A program made the translations under genes and the position numbers. DNA of 64,000 bases from assembly GCA_000432595.1 (NCBI GenBank), contig HF996868.1, forward strand, positions 65,241 to 129,240, given 5' to 3'. The notes beneath the pieces were generated by a model. The model worked only from the letters and a program-made list of their open reading frames with translations, searched no databases and was not told the DNA's origin. Below are positions 50,759 through 62,640 of the stretch, piece by piece. This DNA is from Clostridium sp. CAG:710. GTDB lineage: Bacteria; Bacillota_I; Bacilli_A; RF39; UBA660. How positions within the stretch are numbered: position 1 is the stretch's first letter; every line of letters begins with the position of its first letter.

Positions 50759-50771
50759 ACTTTACTCCTTT

Positions 50772-51239
50772 CTACCAACGATAATGTGCAAATGCTTTAT
50801 TAGCCTCTGCCATTCTATGTGTATCTTCACGTTTCTTAACTGCTCCACCTGTTCCATTTGAAGCATCAATTAACTCGCTTGCTAGATTTTCAGCCATACC
50901 TTTTCCGCCTCTTTCTCTAGCGTATTTAACTAACCAACGAATAGCCAAAGCTTGACTTCTAGCAGGGCTAACTTCTATTGGTACTTGATAGTTTGATCCA
51001 CCAACTCTTCTAGATTTAACTTCTAGAGCAGGTTTGATATTTTCCATTGCTTTTTCGAAAATATTCATTGGATCTTCATTTGTTCTTTCTTTTATAATAT
51101 CAAATGCTTTATAAAGAATTGTTTGAGCTGTTCCCTTTTTACCATCTAACATTATAGCATTTACAACTTTAGTAACTACTTTTGAGTTATATATTGGATC
51201 TGGTAGAACATCTCTTTTAACTGCACGTCTCTTACGCAT
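50772..51239 (-). CDS. rpsG: 30S ribosomal protein S7
   Basis: [24 protein letters not shown]... Confidence 0.98.
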   Translation of the reverse strand: MRKRRAVKRDVLPDPIYNSKVVTKVVNAIMLDGKKGTAQTILYKAFDIIKERTNEDPMNIFEKAMENIKPALEVKSRRVGGSNYQVPIEVSPARSQALAIRWLVKYARERGGKGMAENLASELIDASNGTGGAVKKREDTHRMAEANKAFAHYRW

Positions 51240-51265
51240 TATAATTTCCTCCTTTCAATTTTGTC

Positions 51266-51679
51266 TTACTTTTTAGGTTTCTTAGCACCATATTTACTAC
51301 GACCTTGTTTTCTATCTTTAACACCAGCTGTATCTAATGTACCACGAATAATGTGATAACGTACACCGATTAAGTCTTTAACACGGCCACCACGAATTAA
51401 AACAACACTGTGCTCTTGTAAATTGTGTCCAATTCCTGGAATATAACAAGTTACTTCCATTCCATTGCTTAAACGTACACGAGCGTATTTACGAAGTGCT
51501 GAGTTTGGTTTCTTAGGTGTCATTGTACCAACACGAGTACATACTCCACGTTTTTGAGGTGAGTTTTTATCTGTTTGTTTCTTTTGAATACTGTTTAACC
51601 CAATTCCCAATACAGGTGATTTACTTTTTCTCTTTTTATCACTTCTGTTTTTTCTTACTAATTGATTAATTGTAGGCAT
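51266..51679 (-). CDS. rpsL: 30S ribosomal protein S12
   Basis: [10 protein letters not shown]....K.KSPVL...[22 protein letters not shown]. Confidence 0.98.
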   Translation of the reverse strand: MPTINQLVRKNRSDKKRKSKSPVLGIGLNSIQKKQTDKNSPQKRGVCTRVGTMTPKKPNSALRKYARVRLSNGMEVTCYIPGIGHNLQEHSVVLIRGGRVKDLIGVRYHIIRGTLDTAGVKDRKQGRSKYGAKKPKK

Positions 51680-51776
51680 AAATTCAGTCTCCTTTCTTTA
51701 CACATCTCCAGGTGTATCATTTTTGATTTTAAATATAAGCTTTGCCTAAGCAAAGCCCATTTCAATCAGCATAGAT

Positions 51777-51805
51777 AATATATCACGATGTTTATTTCAT
51801 GTCAA
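51777..51805 (-). promoter_or_regulatory. str operon (rpsL) promoter
   Basis: The minus strand reads TTGACA (51805-51800), a 17-nt spacer ending in TGA, then TATATT (51782-51777). Confidence 0.65.
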
Positions 51806-51862
51806 TAGTAAATGATTGAAAATATTTTTTCTATAATATATAATGTTCTTAAGGAGGAAATA

Positions 51863-52297
51863 ATGAAAAATTATAAAGATAACTTAAAAAACGGTGAGAA
51901 AAAAGTAAAAGGATTTTTTGGGGAATTTAAAACTTTTATTCAAAGGGGTAATGTAATTGATTTAGCGGTTGGTGTTGTTATTGGTGGTGCATTTGGTAAA
52001 ATAGTAACTTCCTTAGTTAATGATATCCTTATGCCAATAATTGGATTGCTTATTGGTGGACAGGATTTTAAAGGTTTATCTATTAAAGTTAAAGATACTA
52101 CCATTGCATATGGTTCATTTATTCAAAATGTTGTTGATTTCTTAATAGTAGCTTTCTTTATATTTGTATTTGTTAAAATAATTAATAATTTATTTAAGAA
52201 AGAAGAACCTAAAAAAGAAGAAGTTAAACCAACTAAAAGTGATGAGGTATTATTACTTGAAGAAATCAGAGACCTATTAAAAAAGAAGAAAAATTAA
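51863..52297 (+). CDS. mscL: Large-conductance mechanosensitive channel MscL
   Basis: Preferred start MKNYKDNL at 51863, after an AAGGAGG RBS. It contains [27 protein letters not shown]. Confidence 0.93.
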   Translation: MKNYKDNLKNGEKKVKGFFGEFKTFIQRGNVIDLAVGVVIGGAFGKIVTSLVNDILMPIIGLLIGGQDFKGLSIKVKDTTIAYGSFIQNVVDFLIVAFFIFVFVKIINNLFKKEEPKKEEVKPTKSDEVLLLEEIRDLLKKKKN

Positions 52298-52306
52298 TTC
52301 TTCTTT

Positions 52307-52726
52307 TTATTTGTCCAAATTTTTAATATATCCCTTTGTTTTATATGTTCCACACTTTAAGTATGGGGAGTAATAATATATTTCATCTTTTATACCAAAT
52401 TCAACGTATCCAGTACATTCTTCTAATATTTTTTCTTCTACTGATAGCTTATTTATATTTACATAAAAAGTATCTCCATTATCTATATTTGGATAATGGC
52501 TTTCTTGATATTTTACAGAACTTTCTTTTACTATTGTTTCATAGTTTTGATATTTTTCTAAAAATTCATTCCCTTTACTACTATTATCTGTTCCTGTTGG
52601 ACCCATACCATATTTATTTGATAAATGCGCTACTAATAATATTGCAATGAATATTATCGCGATAAAGGATAAGAATGTAGATAGGCCCCAGCCTTCTTGA
52701 TTTAATTTTTTCATACGTTTCACCAT
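52307..52726 (-). CDS. Membrane-anchored hypothetical protein
   Basis: 139 aa (or start MKKLNQ at 52714) with one N-terminal TM, LSTFLSFIAIIFIAILLVAHL, and a C-terminal region with two Cys. Confidence 0.6.
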   Translation of the reverse strand: MVKRMKKLNQEGWGLSTFLSFIAIIFIAILLVAHLSNKYGMGPTGTDNSSKGNEFLEKYQNYETIVKESSVKYQESHYPNIDNGDTFYVNINKLSVEEKILEECTGYVEFGIKDEIYYYSPYLKCGTYKTKGYIKNLDK

Positions 52727-52761
52727 TTATATTTTACAACAAATATTTTCATTAATCAAAC

Positions 52762-52790
52762 TAAAAGACGAATTTACATTAATTCGTCTT
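52762..52790 (-). terminator. Rho-independent terminator of rpoC (stem includes the last rpoC codons)
   Basis: The minus strand reads AGACGAATT-AATGTA-AATTCGTCT followed by TTTAGTTTG. The TAA stop lies in the loop. Confidence 0.7.
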
Positions 52791-55700
52791 CTAATTTTTC
52801 TAATGGTTCTTCATCTAATAATTCTGAAGTTAACTCATAATCTACATTTTTATAAGCTTTTAAACCTGTTCCTGCAGGGATTAATTTACCAATTATTACA
52901 TTTTCTTTTAATCCTTGTAGGTGATCAACTTTTCCACGTATAGCAGCATCTGTTAAGATTCTTGTAGTTTCTTGGAACGATGCAGCTGATAAGAATGAAT
53001 CTGTTTCTAGGGAAGCCTTAGTTATACCTAACATTAATGGTCTTCCTGTAGCAGGTTTCTTTCCTTTTATGATAGCTTCTTTATTTACATCAGTAAATTC
53101 TCTAAATTTAACTAATGCACCCGGTAAGAATAATGTATCTCCAGCATCTACAATTCTCATCTTAGAAATCATTCTTCTTGTAATTATTTCAACGTGTTTA
53201 TCAGAAATATCAACACCTTGTCCACGATATACAGCTTGAACTTCTTTTAAGATGTATTCTTGTGTAGTAAGTGGATCTGTTACTGCTAGTAATTCTTTAG
53301 GGCTTATAGCACCTTCAGTTAATTTATCACCAGCGGAAACTTCATCATTTAATTCTACCCTTAATTTAGCTCCATAGTTTGTTACATGTTCTTTAGTTTC
53401 AAGTTCATTAGTAACACTAATTCTATATTTTCCATGATCTTCTTCAATAGATGTTACTTTACCATTTATTTCAGCAATAGTAGATTTTCCTTTTGGAATT
53501 CTTGCTTCAAATAACTCTTGAATACGTGGTAAACCTTGAGTGATATCTTCTCCACCGGCAACACCACCAGTATGGAATGTTCTCATGGTTAGCTGAGTAC
53601 CAGGTTCACCAATTGATTGGGCAGCCATAATACCAACTGCTTCACCAATTTCAACTAGATTTCCTGTTGCTAAGTTTTTACCATAACATTTTTGACATAC
53701 ACCATTTACTGTGTTACATGTTAGAGTTGTTCTTATTTCTACTTCAGTTATACCAGCATCAATTATTTTTTCTGCTAAACCTTCAGTAATATACTGTAAT
53801 TTATCAGCTATTACTTCTTTAGTAGTAGGATTAATAATTTTTTTGTTAGTATATCTACCAACTATACGATCGTATAGTTTTTCGATTACTTCACCTGTTT
53901 TATCATTAATAAATGCTTTTACAACAACACCATTTTCAGTTCCACAGTCTTCTTCTCTTACTATTATATCTTGACTTACATCAACTAAACGTCTAGTTAA
54001 GTAACCAGAATCGGCTGTTTTTAATGCTGTATCGGCACTACCTTTACGAGCACTATGTGTAGATAAGAAGAATTCAGCAACTGATAATCCTTCTTTAAAT
54101 GAAGATAATACTGGAATTTCAATAGTATCACCATTTGGTTTTGACATCAATCCACGCATACCAGCGATCTGAGTAAAGTTAGAAATTGAACCACGTGCTT
54201 TAGAGTGCATCATCATGAATATTGGGTTATCAACATATTTATTTGCATATTCTTCTAGTTCTTTTTGAACTTTATCTTTACATGAATGCCATGTTTGAAT
54301 TACTTTTTCAAGACGTTCCTCATCAGTTATTAGACCACGTTGATATTGTTTATTAACTTTTTCAACCATCTTTTGTGCTTCAGCAATTAATTCTTCTTTA
54401 TGTTCACTAGTAACAACATCGCTTATTGATACTGTAATACCAGCAACTGTAGAATATTTAAATCCTAAATCTTTCATTTTATCAAGCATAATTGATGTTT
54501 CAGTTGTTTTATAACGTTTGAATATTTGAGCAATTATACTCTCTAATATTCCCTTAGCAAATGGTTTTACTAAAGGCATCGCTTTAATAACTTCAGGAAT
54601 ATTTTCTCCCTTATTTATAAAGTATTTATTTGGAGTAATATTTTGAATATTATCTAATGTTGGTTCATTAACATATGCGAATGAATCTGGTAAGATTTCA
54701 TTGAATTTTAATTTACCTACGGTAGTTACTAAATATTTACCTTTTTGAGTTTCAGTAAACAATTTGTATTTAAATGAATCTACTGGAATAGCAATTCTTG
54801 TATGAAGAGTTATTTCTCTTCTTTCATATGCCATTAAAGCTTCATTTGAATCTTTAAATACTCTACCTTCACCATCTTCTCCTGCTTTCTCTTGAGTTAA
54901 ATAATAGTTACCAATAACCATATCCTGTGAAGGAGTAACAATTGGATCACCACTTTTTGGAGAAAGAATGTTGTTTGCACCTAGCATTAACAATCTAGCT
55001 TCTGCTTGGGCTTCTTCTGATAGAGGTACGTGAACAGCCATCTGGTCACCATCGAAGTCTGCGTTAAATGCAGGACATACTAATGGGTGAAGACGTATTG
55101 CTTTACCACCAATTAAAACTGGTTCAAATGCTTGAATACCAAGTCTGTGAAGAGTAGGTGCACGGTTTAACATAACTGGATGTTCTTTTATAACGTCTTC
55201 TACTACATCCCAAACTTGTGGATCTTTATTTTCAATTAACCTTTTAGCAGCTTTAATATTGTGCGCTATATCACGAGATACTAATCCATTAATTACATGT
55301 GGTTTGAATAATTCAAGTGCCATATCTTTTGGAATACCACATTGATACATTTTTAAGCTAGGACCAACAACGATAACACTACGTCCTGAGTAGTCAACAC
55401 GTTTTCCTAGTAAGTTTTGACGGAAACGTCCTTGTTTACCTTTTAACATACTTGATAGTGATTTTAATGGACGATTTCCTGCACCAGTTACACTTCTACC
55501 ACGACGTCCGTTATCAAATAATGCATCTACTGCTTCTTGTAACATACGTTTTTCGTTTTGAATAATAATTCCAGGAGCATTTAAATCTATTAATTTCTTT
55601 AAACGGTTATTTCTATTTATAACTCTACGATATAAATCATTTAAATCACTAGTAGCAAATCTACCACCATCAAGTTGAATCATTGGACGAAGTTCAGGTG

Positions 55701-56403
55701 GAATTACTGGAATACAATCAAGTATCATCCACTCTGGACGATTTCCAGATTTGTAGAATGCATCTAGTACATCAACTCTTTTAATTAGTCTTGTTCTTTT
55801 TTGTCCTTGTGCTGTTTCAAGTTCTTTAGTGATTTCATCGATTTCTTTCTTTAAATCAACTTTCTTAAGCAATTCTTTAATTGCTTCAGCACCCATTCCT
55901 ACTTTGAATCCATCACCATATTTTTCATAATATTGACGATATTCTCTTTCAGATAATGTTTGTTTATCTTCAAGTGGTGCTATACCTTTATCAATTACAA
56001 CATAACTTACAAAGTATAGTACTTCCTCTAGATCTCTTGGACTCATATCTAGTACTAATCCCATACGAGATGGTACTCCTTTAAAGAACCAAATGTGTGA
56101 GACTGGAGAAGCTAACTCAATATGTCCCATTCTTTCACGTCTTACTTTACTACGAGTTACTTCTACTCCACATCTATCACAAACTATATTTTTATAACGT
56201 ACTCTTTTGTACTTTCCACAAGCACATTCAAAATCTTTTGTAGGTCCGAATATTTTTTCACAGAATAATCCGTCTCTTTCAGGTCTTAAGGTTCTGTAGT
56301 TAATAGTTTCTGGTTTTTTAACTTCACCATAACTCCATTCCCTTATTTTTTCTGGAGATGCAATTCCTATTTTAAGAGCTTCAAATTTATTTACTTCTAT
56401 CAT
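52774..56403 (-). CDS. rpoC: DNA-directed RNA polymerase subunit beta'
   Basis: 1209 aa with the zinc site [20 protein letters not shown] and the catalytic NADFDGD. Confidence 0.99.
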   Translation of the reverse strand: MIEVNKFEALKIGIASPEKIREWSYGEVKKPETINYRTLRPERDGLFCEKIFGPTKDFECACGKYKRVRYKNIVCDRCGVEVTRSKVRRERMGHIELASPVSHIWFFKGVPSRMGLVLDMSPRDLEEVLYFVSYVVIDKGIAPLEDKQTLSEREYRQYYEKYGDGFKVGMGAEAIKELLKKVDLKKEIDEITKELETAQGQKRTRLIKRVDVLDAFYKSGNRPEWMILDCIPVIPPELRPMIQLDGGRFATSDLNDLYRRVINRNNRLKKLIDLNAPGIIIQNEKRMLQEAVDALFDNGRRGRSVTGAGNRPLKSLSSMLKGKQGRFRQNLLGKRVDYSGRSVIVVGPSLKMYQCGIPKDMALELFKPHVINGLVSRDIAHNIKAAKRLIENKDPQVWDVVEDVIKEHPVMLNRAPTLHRLGIQAFEPVLIGGKAIRLHPLVCPAFNADFDGDQMAVHVPLSEEAQAEARLLMLGANNILSPKSGDPIVTPSQDMVIGNYYLTQEKAGEDGEGRVFKDSNEALMAYERREITLHTRIAIPVDSFKYKLFTETQKGKYLVTTVGKLKFNEILPDSFAYVNEPTLDNIQNITPNKYFINKGENIPEVIKAMPLVKPFAKGILESIIAQIFKRYKTTETSIMLDKMKDLGFKYSTVAGITVSISDVVTSEHKEELIAEAQKMVEKVNKQYQRGLITDEERLEKVIQTWHSCKDKVQKELEEYANKYVDNPIFMMMHSKARGSISNFTQIAGMRGLMSKPNGDTIEIPVLSSFKEGLSVAEFFLSTHSARKGSADTALKTADSGYLTRRLVDVSQDIIVREEDCGTENGVVVKAFINDKTGEVIEKLYDRIVGRYTNKKIINPTTKEVIADKLQYITEGLAEKIIDAGITEVEIRTTLTCNTVNGVCQKCYGKNLATGNLVEIGEAVGIMAAQSIGEPGTQLTMRTFHTGGVAGGEDITQGLPRIQELFEARIPKGKSTIAEINGKVTSIEEDHGKYRISVTNELETKEHVTNYGAKLRVELNDEVSAGDKLTEGAISPKELLAVTDPLTTQEYILKEVQAVYRGQGVDISDKHVEIITRRMISKMRIVDAGDTLFLPGALVKFREFTDVNKEAIIKGKKPATGRPLMLGITKASLETDSFLSAASFQETTRILTDAAIRGKVDHLQGLKENVIIGKLIPAGTGLKAYKNVDYELTSELLDEEPLEKLEDELM

Positions 56404-59400
56404 TACTCTTCATCTCCTTCCTCAAATTCTTCATTAAATACGCCATCAAAGTCTTCATCTATTTCATCTTCATCAAACTCATCATCTTCCTCATAATCAT
56501 CATCCGGTTCAGTATCATGTACTACTGGTGGAAGTACTGATGTATCTGACATTTCATCAAAATCCTCTTTATATTCAGCTTCTTCAATTTCTTTTAATTC
56601 AAGTGTTTCATTTTTATCATTTATTATGCTTATATCAAGTCCAAGAGCTTGGAACTCTTTCATAAGTACTCTGAATGATTCAGGTACTCCTGCTTGATTT
56701 ATTTCTTGTCCTTTTACAATTGCTTCATATACCTTAACACGGCCAACAACGTCATCTGATTTAACAGTTAAGATTTCTTGTAGTGTATGAGCAGCACCAT
56801 ATGCATATAATGCCCAAACTTCCATTTCACCAAATCTCTGTCCACCAAATTGTGCTTTACCACCAAGAGGTTGTTGTGTAACAAGTGAGTAAGGTCCGGT
56901 AGAACGTGCATGTAATTTATCATCAACCATGTGATGTAGTTTAATCATGTACATTACACCAACTGCAATTCTATTATCAAATGGTTCACCAGTACGTCCA
57001 TTATATAATACTGTTTTTCCATCTGGATCCATTCCGGCTTCTGCCATCATGTCTTCAATATCTTTTAGCTTAGCACCATCAAATACTGGTGTTGCTACAT
57101 GTACGCCTAATTTCTTAGCAGCCATACCTAAATGTAGCTCTAGAATCTGTCCAAGGTTCATACGAGATGGTACACCTTGTGGGTTAAGCATTATATCTAC
57201 CGGTCTTCCGTCTGGTAGGTAAGGCATATCTTCTTCTGGAAGAATTAATGAAATAACACCTTTGTTTCCATGACGTCCAGCCATTTTATCTCCTACTTGT
57301 ATCTTTCTTTTTTGTGCAATATATACACGGATTACTTTTGATACTCCTGCAGGAAGTTCATCATTTTCTTTTCTAGAGAATATTTTAACATCGTGAACAA
57401 TACCATCTCCACCATGTGGAACACGTAATGATGTATCTCTAACTTCACGAGTTTTTTCTCCGAATATTGCATGTAATAGTTTTTCTTCACTTGTTAATTC
57501 AGCCATACCTTTTGGTGTTACTTTACCTACTAAGATATCCCCTTCTTTAACTTCTGTACCAACTATTACAATACCATTTTCATCAAGATTTTTACGTGCA
57601 TCATCACTAACATTTGGAATATCACGTGTAATCTCTTCTGGTCCTAGTTTAGTTTCACGACATTGCATTTCATAGTCTTCTAAGTGAATACCTGTATATA
57701 CATCATCTTTTACTAGATTTTCATTTAATATAACAGCATCCTCATAATTGTATCCATTAAATGTCATGAAGGCTACTACTACGTTCTTACCTAATGCAAG
57801 TTCTCCTTGGTCAGTTGAAGGTCCATCTGCAATTACAGAACCACGTTTTACTTTATCTCCAACTTTTACTATTGGACGGTGATGTAGACAAGTACCAGCA
57901 TTTGCTAGTTCAAAGTTAGCTAAGTAGTATACATCTTTTCCCGTTTTATTTAATATAACTATTTTTCTTGCATCTACATAGTCAACTACACCATCAGCTT
58001 TGGCAATAACTACTGCTCCTGAATCTCTTGCTGCTACATATTCAACTCCTGTACCAACAAGTGGTGCTTCACTTCTTAGAAGTGGTACTGATTGACGTTG
58101 CATGTTTGCTCCCATCAATGCACGAGTTGCATCATCGTGTTCTAGGAATGGGATACAACTTGTAGTTACTGCTACTACTTGTTGAGGTGAAACGTCTACA
58201 TAGTCAACTAATTCTGGTTTAACTATTATGTTTTCACCTCTAAAACGTGCAGGTACAGTTTCATCTATCATCATGTTATTTTCATCAACTGTAACAGTTG
58301 CAAGTGAAATAACTAGATCATTTTCTTCATCTGCAGTTAAATATTTAACTTCATCAGTTAAGTATTTATCTTTTACTTTTCTATATGGAGTCATTATAAA
58401 TCCATATTCATCTATTTTTGCATAACTTGCTAATGAAGTAATAAGTCCTATATTTTGTCCTTCTGGAGACTCAATTGGACATATACGTCCATAATGTGAT
58501 GCATTAACGTCACGTACTTCAACACCAGCTCTATCTCTAGTTAATCCACCAGGTCCTAAAGCTGATAGACGTCTTTTATTTGTTAACTCAGCAATTGGGT
58601 TAGTTTGATCCATAAATTGTGATAATTGTGATGAACCAAAGAATTCTTTCATTGCTGCTGTAATAGGTCTAATGTTAATTAGTGTTTTAGGAGTTACTTC
58701 TTCCATTTCTTGAGTAGTCATTCTTTCACGAATAACTCTTTCCATACGAGAAACACCAATTCTAAATTGATTTTGTAGAAGTTCTCCAACTTGTCTAATT
58801 CTACGGTTTCCTAAGTGGTCTATTTCATCTATTTGTCCTACTCCTTGAAGTAAATTTAAATAGTATGATACAGATGCATAAACATCAGAAATAGTAAGTC
58901 TTTTTACATCAATTGTTTGGTCATTACCAATTACATTTAATATTTCTTTTGGATTAGATGGGTTATAAATTTTAACCATTTGAACTTTGTCAAATTCATC
59001 TAAGTCTTTATTAATAGTTACAGTTTTTACTCCATAACCTTTTTCAAATAATGGTCTAATTTTCTCCCATACATCTTTAGTAATTACAGTTCCTTTTTCA
59101 GCAAGGACTTCATCACCATCTTTTAAATCTTCAGCAATTTTTTGATTTAAAAGTCTATCCATTACATTAAGTTTTCTATTGAATTTATATCTTCCTACTT
59201 TCGCTAAATCGTATCTAAATTCATCGAAGAATCTTGTAATGATTTGGTTTTTAGAAGAATCAAGTGTTGCTGGTTCTCCTGGTCTTAATTTTTCATAAAT
59301 TTCAATTAAAGCTTCATCTGTATTTCTTGTTGAATCCTTTGCTAAAGTGTTTTCTAGATATTCATCTTTACCAAATAATTTTAGTATATCTTCATCACTA

Positions 59401-60005
59401 GAAAGTCCAAATGCACGAAGTAGTGTTGTTAGAGGAACTTTTCTAGTTCTATCAATTCTTACATATAAAACATCCCTAGCATCAGTTTCAAACTCTAGCC
59501 AAGTTCCACGTGTTGGAATTATTTGAGAAGTTATACATGGTCTACCATTTTTGTCTATTTCTTTATTGAAATAAACACTAGGAGATCTTACCAATTGAGA
59601 AACGATAACACGTTCTGCACCATTGATAATGAATGTTCCACTATCTGTCATAATTGGCATGTCGCCTAAGAAAATTTCTTGTTCTTTTACTTCTCCAGTT
59701 TCATGATTAAAAAGTCTTACCTCAACCTTTAAAGGTGCAGAGTAAGTTGTTTCACGATCCTTACATTCTTTTATAGAATATCTTGGTTCATCAAAATGAT
59801 AATCACCAAATTCTAGAGATAAAGTCCCAGAAAAATTCTCAACGGGGAATAAATCTTCAAACACCTCTTTAATACCGGTGTCTATAAACCATTGATATGG
59901 TTTCTTTTGAATTTCAAGTAGGTCTTTCAATTCAAATGTGTTTTTAATCTTTGAAAAGCTTCTTCTTTTGCGGTGTTCACCACTATTTATTATTTTGTAA
60001 GCCAC
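56403..60005 (-). CDS. rpoB: DNA-directed RNA polymerase subunit beta (GTG start), with acidic C-terminal extension
   Basis: 1200 aa with conserved blocks such as [13 protein letters not shown]. The stop overlaps the rpoC start by 1 nt. The final ~50 residues are D/E-rich. Confidence 0.99.
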   Translation of the reverse strand: MAYKIINSGEHRKRRSFSKIKNTFELKDLLEIQKKPYQWFIDTGIKEVFEDLFPVENFSGTLSLEFGDYHFDEPRYSIKECKDRETTYSAPLKVEVRLFNHETGEVKEQEIFLGDMPIMTDSGTFIINGAERVIVSQLVRSPSVYFNKEIDKNGRPCITSQIIPTRGTWLEFETDARDVLYVRIDRTRKVPLTTLLRAFGLSSDEDILKLFGKDEYLENTLAKDSTRNTDEALIEIYEKLRPGEPATLDSSKNQIITRFFDEFRYDLAKVGRYKFNRKLNVMDRLLNQKIAEDLKDGDEVLAEKGTVITKDVWEKIRPLFEKGYGVKTVTINKDLDEFDKVQMVKIYNPSNPKEILNVIGNDQTIDVKRLTISDVYASVSYYLNLLQGVGQIDEIDHLGNRRIRQVGELLQNQFRIGVSRMERVIRERMTTQEMEEVTPKTLINIRPITAAMKEFFGSSQLSQFMDQTNPIAELTNKRRLSALGPGGLTRDRAGVEVRDVNASHYGRICPIESPEGQNIGLITSLASYAKIDEYGFIMTPYRKVKDKYLTDEVKYLTADEENDLVISLATVTVDENNMMIDETVPARFRGENIIVKPELVDYVDVSPQQVVAVTTSCIPFLEHDDATRALMGANMQRQSVPLLRSEAPLVGTGVEYVAARDSGAVVIAKADGVVDYVDARKIVILNKTGKDVYYLANFELANAGTCLHHRPIVKVGDKVKRGSVIADGPSTDQGELALGKNVVVAFMTFNGYNYEDAVILNENLVKDDVYTGIHLEDYEMQCRETKLGPEEITRDIPNVSDDARKNLDENGIVIVGTEVKEGDILVGKVTPKGMAELTSEEKLLHAIFGEKTREVRDTSLRVPHGGDGIVHDVKIFSRKENDELPAGVSKVIRVYIAQKRKIQVGDKMAGRHGNKGVISLILPEEDMPYLPDGRPVDIMLNPQGVPSRMNLGQILELHLGMAAKKLGVHVATPVFDGAKLKDIEDMMAEAGMDPDGKTVLYNGRTGEPFDNRIAVGVMYMIKLHHMVDDKLHARSTGPYSLVTQQPLGGKAQFGGQRFGEMEVWALYAYGAAHTLQEILTVKSDDVVGRVKVYEAIVKGQEINQAGVPESFRVLMKEFQALGLDISIINDKNETLELKEIEEAEYKEDFDEMSDTSVLPPVVHDTEPDDDYEEDDEFDEDEIDEDFDGVFNEEFEEGDEE

Positions 60006-60075
60006 TTATTTTCACCCCTATACCTAAATTTAATCAAAGAACATATTTGTTTACCTAATACGTTGCCAATTTATA

Positions 60076-60104
60076 TTATTAGCATACTTTGGACAAGTTG
60101 TCAA
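60076..60104 (-). promoter_or_regulatory. Possible rpoB promoter overlapping the end of the methyltransferase gene
   Basis: The minus strand reads TTGACA (60104-60099), a 17-nt spacer ending in TGC, then TAATAA (60081-60076). Confidence 0.4.
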
Positions 60105-60694
60105 CGCAAAATGCATTTAATTATCCAAAAACCTTTCTTTTTATTTATGAGCTCGCATTTATATACCTTTTCTAAATCTTTATATAATGACTTTGCTCCT
60201 TGATCCTTATTTATTACTATGAATAGTTTGCCATCTTCTTTTAAATAATTTCTAGCATTCATAACTATTTCATATACTATGTTTTTTCCAGCTCTTATCG
60301 GTGGATTTGAAATTATCACATCATATTTTTTATTTATGTTTTTATAGCAATCGCTTAAAAAGAAATTAACTTTTGGAGCGAAATTCTCTTTTTTGTTCAT
60401 TTCTGCTAGGTGAAGTGCTCTTTTATTAACATCTACTGCATCAAAACTTTCAATTTTATCCACAATTCTTGTTAATATTATTGGAATTACTCCATATCCA
60501 CACCCTACTTCTAATATCTCTCCCTTTATTTCTTCTAAAGGAAGATTTTCTAATAAACACCTTGTTCCAAAATCTAATTTACTTTTTGAAAATACTCCAT
60601 TATCTGTATTAAAGCAAAACTCTTTGTCGAAAATTCTTGTTTTATATTTTTCTATATTACTTTTTAGATCTACGTTATCAAAATATTGACTCAT
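60101..60694 (-). CDS. Class I SAM-dependent methyltransferase, RsmC/YbxB-like
   Basis: It has motif I ILEVGCGYGVI and motif IV VIISNPPIRAGK. It occupies the same position as Bacillus subtilis ybxB, between rplL and rpoB. Confidence 0.85.
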   Translation of the reverse strand: MSQYFDNVDLKSNIEKYKTRIFDKEFCFNTDNGVFSKSKLDFGTRCLLENLPLEEIKGEILEVGCGYGVIPIILTRIVDKIESFDAVDVNKRALHLAEMNKKENFAPKVNFFLSDCYKNINKKYDVIISNPPIRAGKNIVYEIVMNARNYLKEDGKLFIVINKDQGAKSLYKDLEKVYKCELINKKKGFWIIKCILR

Positions 60695-60777
60695 TTTTTT
60701 CTCCCACGAAATAAGGAGTTAACCATATTTAGTATATATAGTTAACTCCTTTCCATATGTTAATATTACTATTTTTT

Positions 60778-61287
60778 TTATTTTTTTGCAAGAACTTTTG
60801 TGCCTTTTTCTGTACTCTTTTTTGTATTTAGAGCAGCTATTATTTCATTCAAGTCTCTTGGAGTTTGTATCTTTACTTCTCCATCAGAAGTAACACCAAA
60901 TTTATTTTCTACTCCATATTTTCCCATTAATTTTAATTTCTTGGCTAATTTTGAAGTTTCTCTACTATAATAGGTAGCAATTATTTCATTATCTACAGGT
61001 TTTAGTGTTATTGTTCCATTTTTAGATTTTAATAATCCAATTAATAATCCCTCATTTATAATAAGCCTTATTTTAGTAGAACCTTTAGTTGTTTTAACAA
61101 CTACTCCACCTTTTTTACTTTTACATACAACCCTACCATGATTATCAACAATAGCTCTTAATTTTTTTGATTTAGCATAATTGATTTTAACATCAAGTGC
61201 ATTTAACACCTCAGGTAGCATTACTTGTGGATTGTTACCCTCATATGTACTAAGCACATCATTTACAAATTTTGTTCTATCAAACAT
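60778..61287 (-). CDS. Hypothetical protein, paralog 1 of a two-member orphan family
   Basis: 169 aa. It shares L.V.I.Y...G.VVC..K ... (I/L)(I/L)G...S.(N/K)G ... A(T/S)(Y/F)Y..E ... L..II with the next gene upstream. Confidence 0.65.
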   Translation of the reverse strand: MFDRTKFVNDVLSTYEGNNPQVMLPEVLNALDVKINYAKSKKLRAIVDNHGRVVCKSKKGGVVVKTTKGSTKIRLIINEGLLIGLLKSKNGTITLKPVDNEIIATYYSRETSKLAKKLKLMGKYGVENKFGVTSDGEVKIQTPRDLNEIIAALNTKKSTEKGTKVLAKK

Positions 61288-61314
61288 TTTATATTTCCCC
61301 CTTTGATAGGACGT

Positions 61315-61343
61315 ATTTTAATTCTTTTATATTAATTTGTCAA
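61315..61343 (-). promoter_or_regulatory. Consensus-like promoter for paralog 1
   Basis: The minus strand reads TTGACA (61343-61338), a 17-nt spacer, then TAAAAT (61320-61315). Confidence 0.6.
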
Positions 61344-61901
61344 CTATTTTCTGCTTAGTCTATTTTTTATTTGTAGTACTTTAGACTTAGTATTTGGTCT
61401 TATTAAATCAATTATATTAGCTAGGTCCAACTCTTCTATATTAGGCGCTTCTTCTTTTCTAAGTGCTTCTACTCCTTCTGCTTCTCCTGAAATTATAAAA
61501 TCTATCCAATCAATTTTTGGAGATATTCTTGCAATATCAAAATTTTCTTTATCATAAAATGATGCAAGTGTTTTACTGTTTTTATAACTTTTAAATACAA
61601 CTCCTCCTTTATTTGAATATATAACTCCTAATATTATTTCATCAAATATATAAATTTCATAGGACATTCTGTATCCATCAGAGTATTTTGATTTTAGTTT
61701 AATAAATGTATCCGCAGAAACTATTTTACGTTCACATACTACCTTTCCTGTTGACTTATCAAGAATTTTATTTTTTTCTTTAAACATACTTGAATAGTCT
61801 ATATCTACTCCTAACATATCCATTATATTAATGGTATAATCTTCTAATGTATTAGGTTTTATATTTAGTGTTTTTTTTACTAGTATTTCATTTGTTATCA
61901 T
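61344..61901 (-). CDS. Hypothetical protein, paralog 2 of the orphan family
   Basis: 185 aa; see paralog 1. I recognise no motif. Confidence 0.65.
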   Translation of the reverse strand: MITNEILVKKTLNIKPNTLEDYTINIMDMLGVDIDYSSMFKEKNKILDKSTGKVVCERKIVSADTFIKLKSKYSDGYRMSYEIYIFDEIILGVIYSNKGGVVFKSYKNSKTLASFYDKENFDIARISPKIDWIDFIISGEAEGVEALRKEEAPNIEELDLANIIDLIRPNTKSKVLQIKNRLSRK

Positions 61902-61930
61902 CAGTATTTTCCTTTCTGTTTAGCTTGATT

Positions 61931-61959
61931 ATTATATCTAAGCAAATTTATAAAGTCAA
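61931..61959 (-). promoter_or_regulatory. Consensus promoter for paralog 2
   Basis: The minus strand reads TTGACT (61959-61954), a 17-nt spacer, then TATAAT (61936-61931). Confidence 0.65.
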
Positions 61960-62003
61960 TTATATTTTACGTATACTAGTATTAAGTTATGAATAATGTT
62001 TTA

Positions 62004-62597
62004 CTATGGCAATTTATAAAACTTAATCATTTTATTTACATTTTCATCTTTATCTTTAAAATGAGATGTTAGTGCGATTAACTTTTGCCTAGGGCTTAGG
62101 AGATATTTTAAATATGGAACATTTCCTGTCCTATAATAATATCCTTTTTTTATTAGATATGGACACACAAATAGTTTACAACCGAGGCTTTTGATTTTAC
62201 ATTCTTTTTTTCCATTATCAAAGTTTTCACATATTTTTCTACTTTTTAAGCTTTCACAACAACTACTTACTTGTTTATCCTTACACTTTTCTCTATTACA
62301 CCTACACATATTATTCTTAAAATCACATATATTTTTAGTTCTAAATTCATTATCGAGATAATCACATGCCCTATCATAAATCTTATTATATTTTTCTTTT
62401 TTGTTTCTTGTGTTTAAAATATCCGTCATATTTAAAATTATCCCCAACTCTTGTGGATATTTATCATTGAGTGTATATTCTTTTCCACAATAATTGATGA
62501 TAAAGTTTATATTAAAATGACTTAGAAATTTGTATAGCCTAAATTTCCTATAAAACAAATTAAGATTATTACTATTTAAATAAATTACCTTTTTCAT
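62004..62597 (-). CDS. Cysteine-rich hypothetical protein (possibly YkgJ-like Cys-cluster fold)
   Basis: Preferred start MKKVIYLNS at 62597, with a GGTGG RBS. It is 197 aa with 12 Cys, most of them in CDFKNNMCRCNREKCKDKQVSSCCESLKSRKICENFDNGKKECKIKSLGCKLFVCPYL. The ORF-track extension to 62696 would run through the rplL terminator. Confidence 0.6.
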   Translation of the reverse strand: MKKVIYLNSNNLNLFYRKFRLYKFLSHFNINFIINYCGKEYTLNDKYPQELGIILNMTDILNTRNKKEKYNKIYDRACDYLDNEFRTKNICDFKNNMCRCNREKCKDKQVSSCCESLKSRKICENFDNGKKECKIKSLGCKLFVCPYLIKKGYYYRTGNVPYLKYLLSPRQKLIALTSHFKDKDENVNKMIKFYKLP

Positions 62598-62640
62598 AAA
62601 ACCACCATATTTAGTATATAAAAGTATTTTAATAAAGGCA

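Noticed and set aside
52307-52726. Possible prepilin/pseudopilin (NQEGWGLSTFLSF resembles a G-F-T-L-x-E leader)
   Set aside because: The conserved Glu at +5 is missing, Trp-Gly replaces Phe-Thr, and no pilus or competence genes are nearby. I left it as a hypothetical membrane protein.
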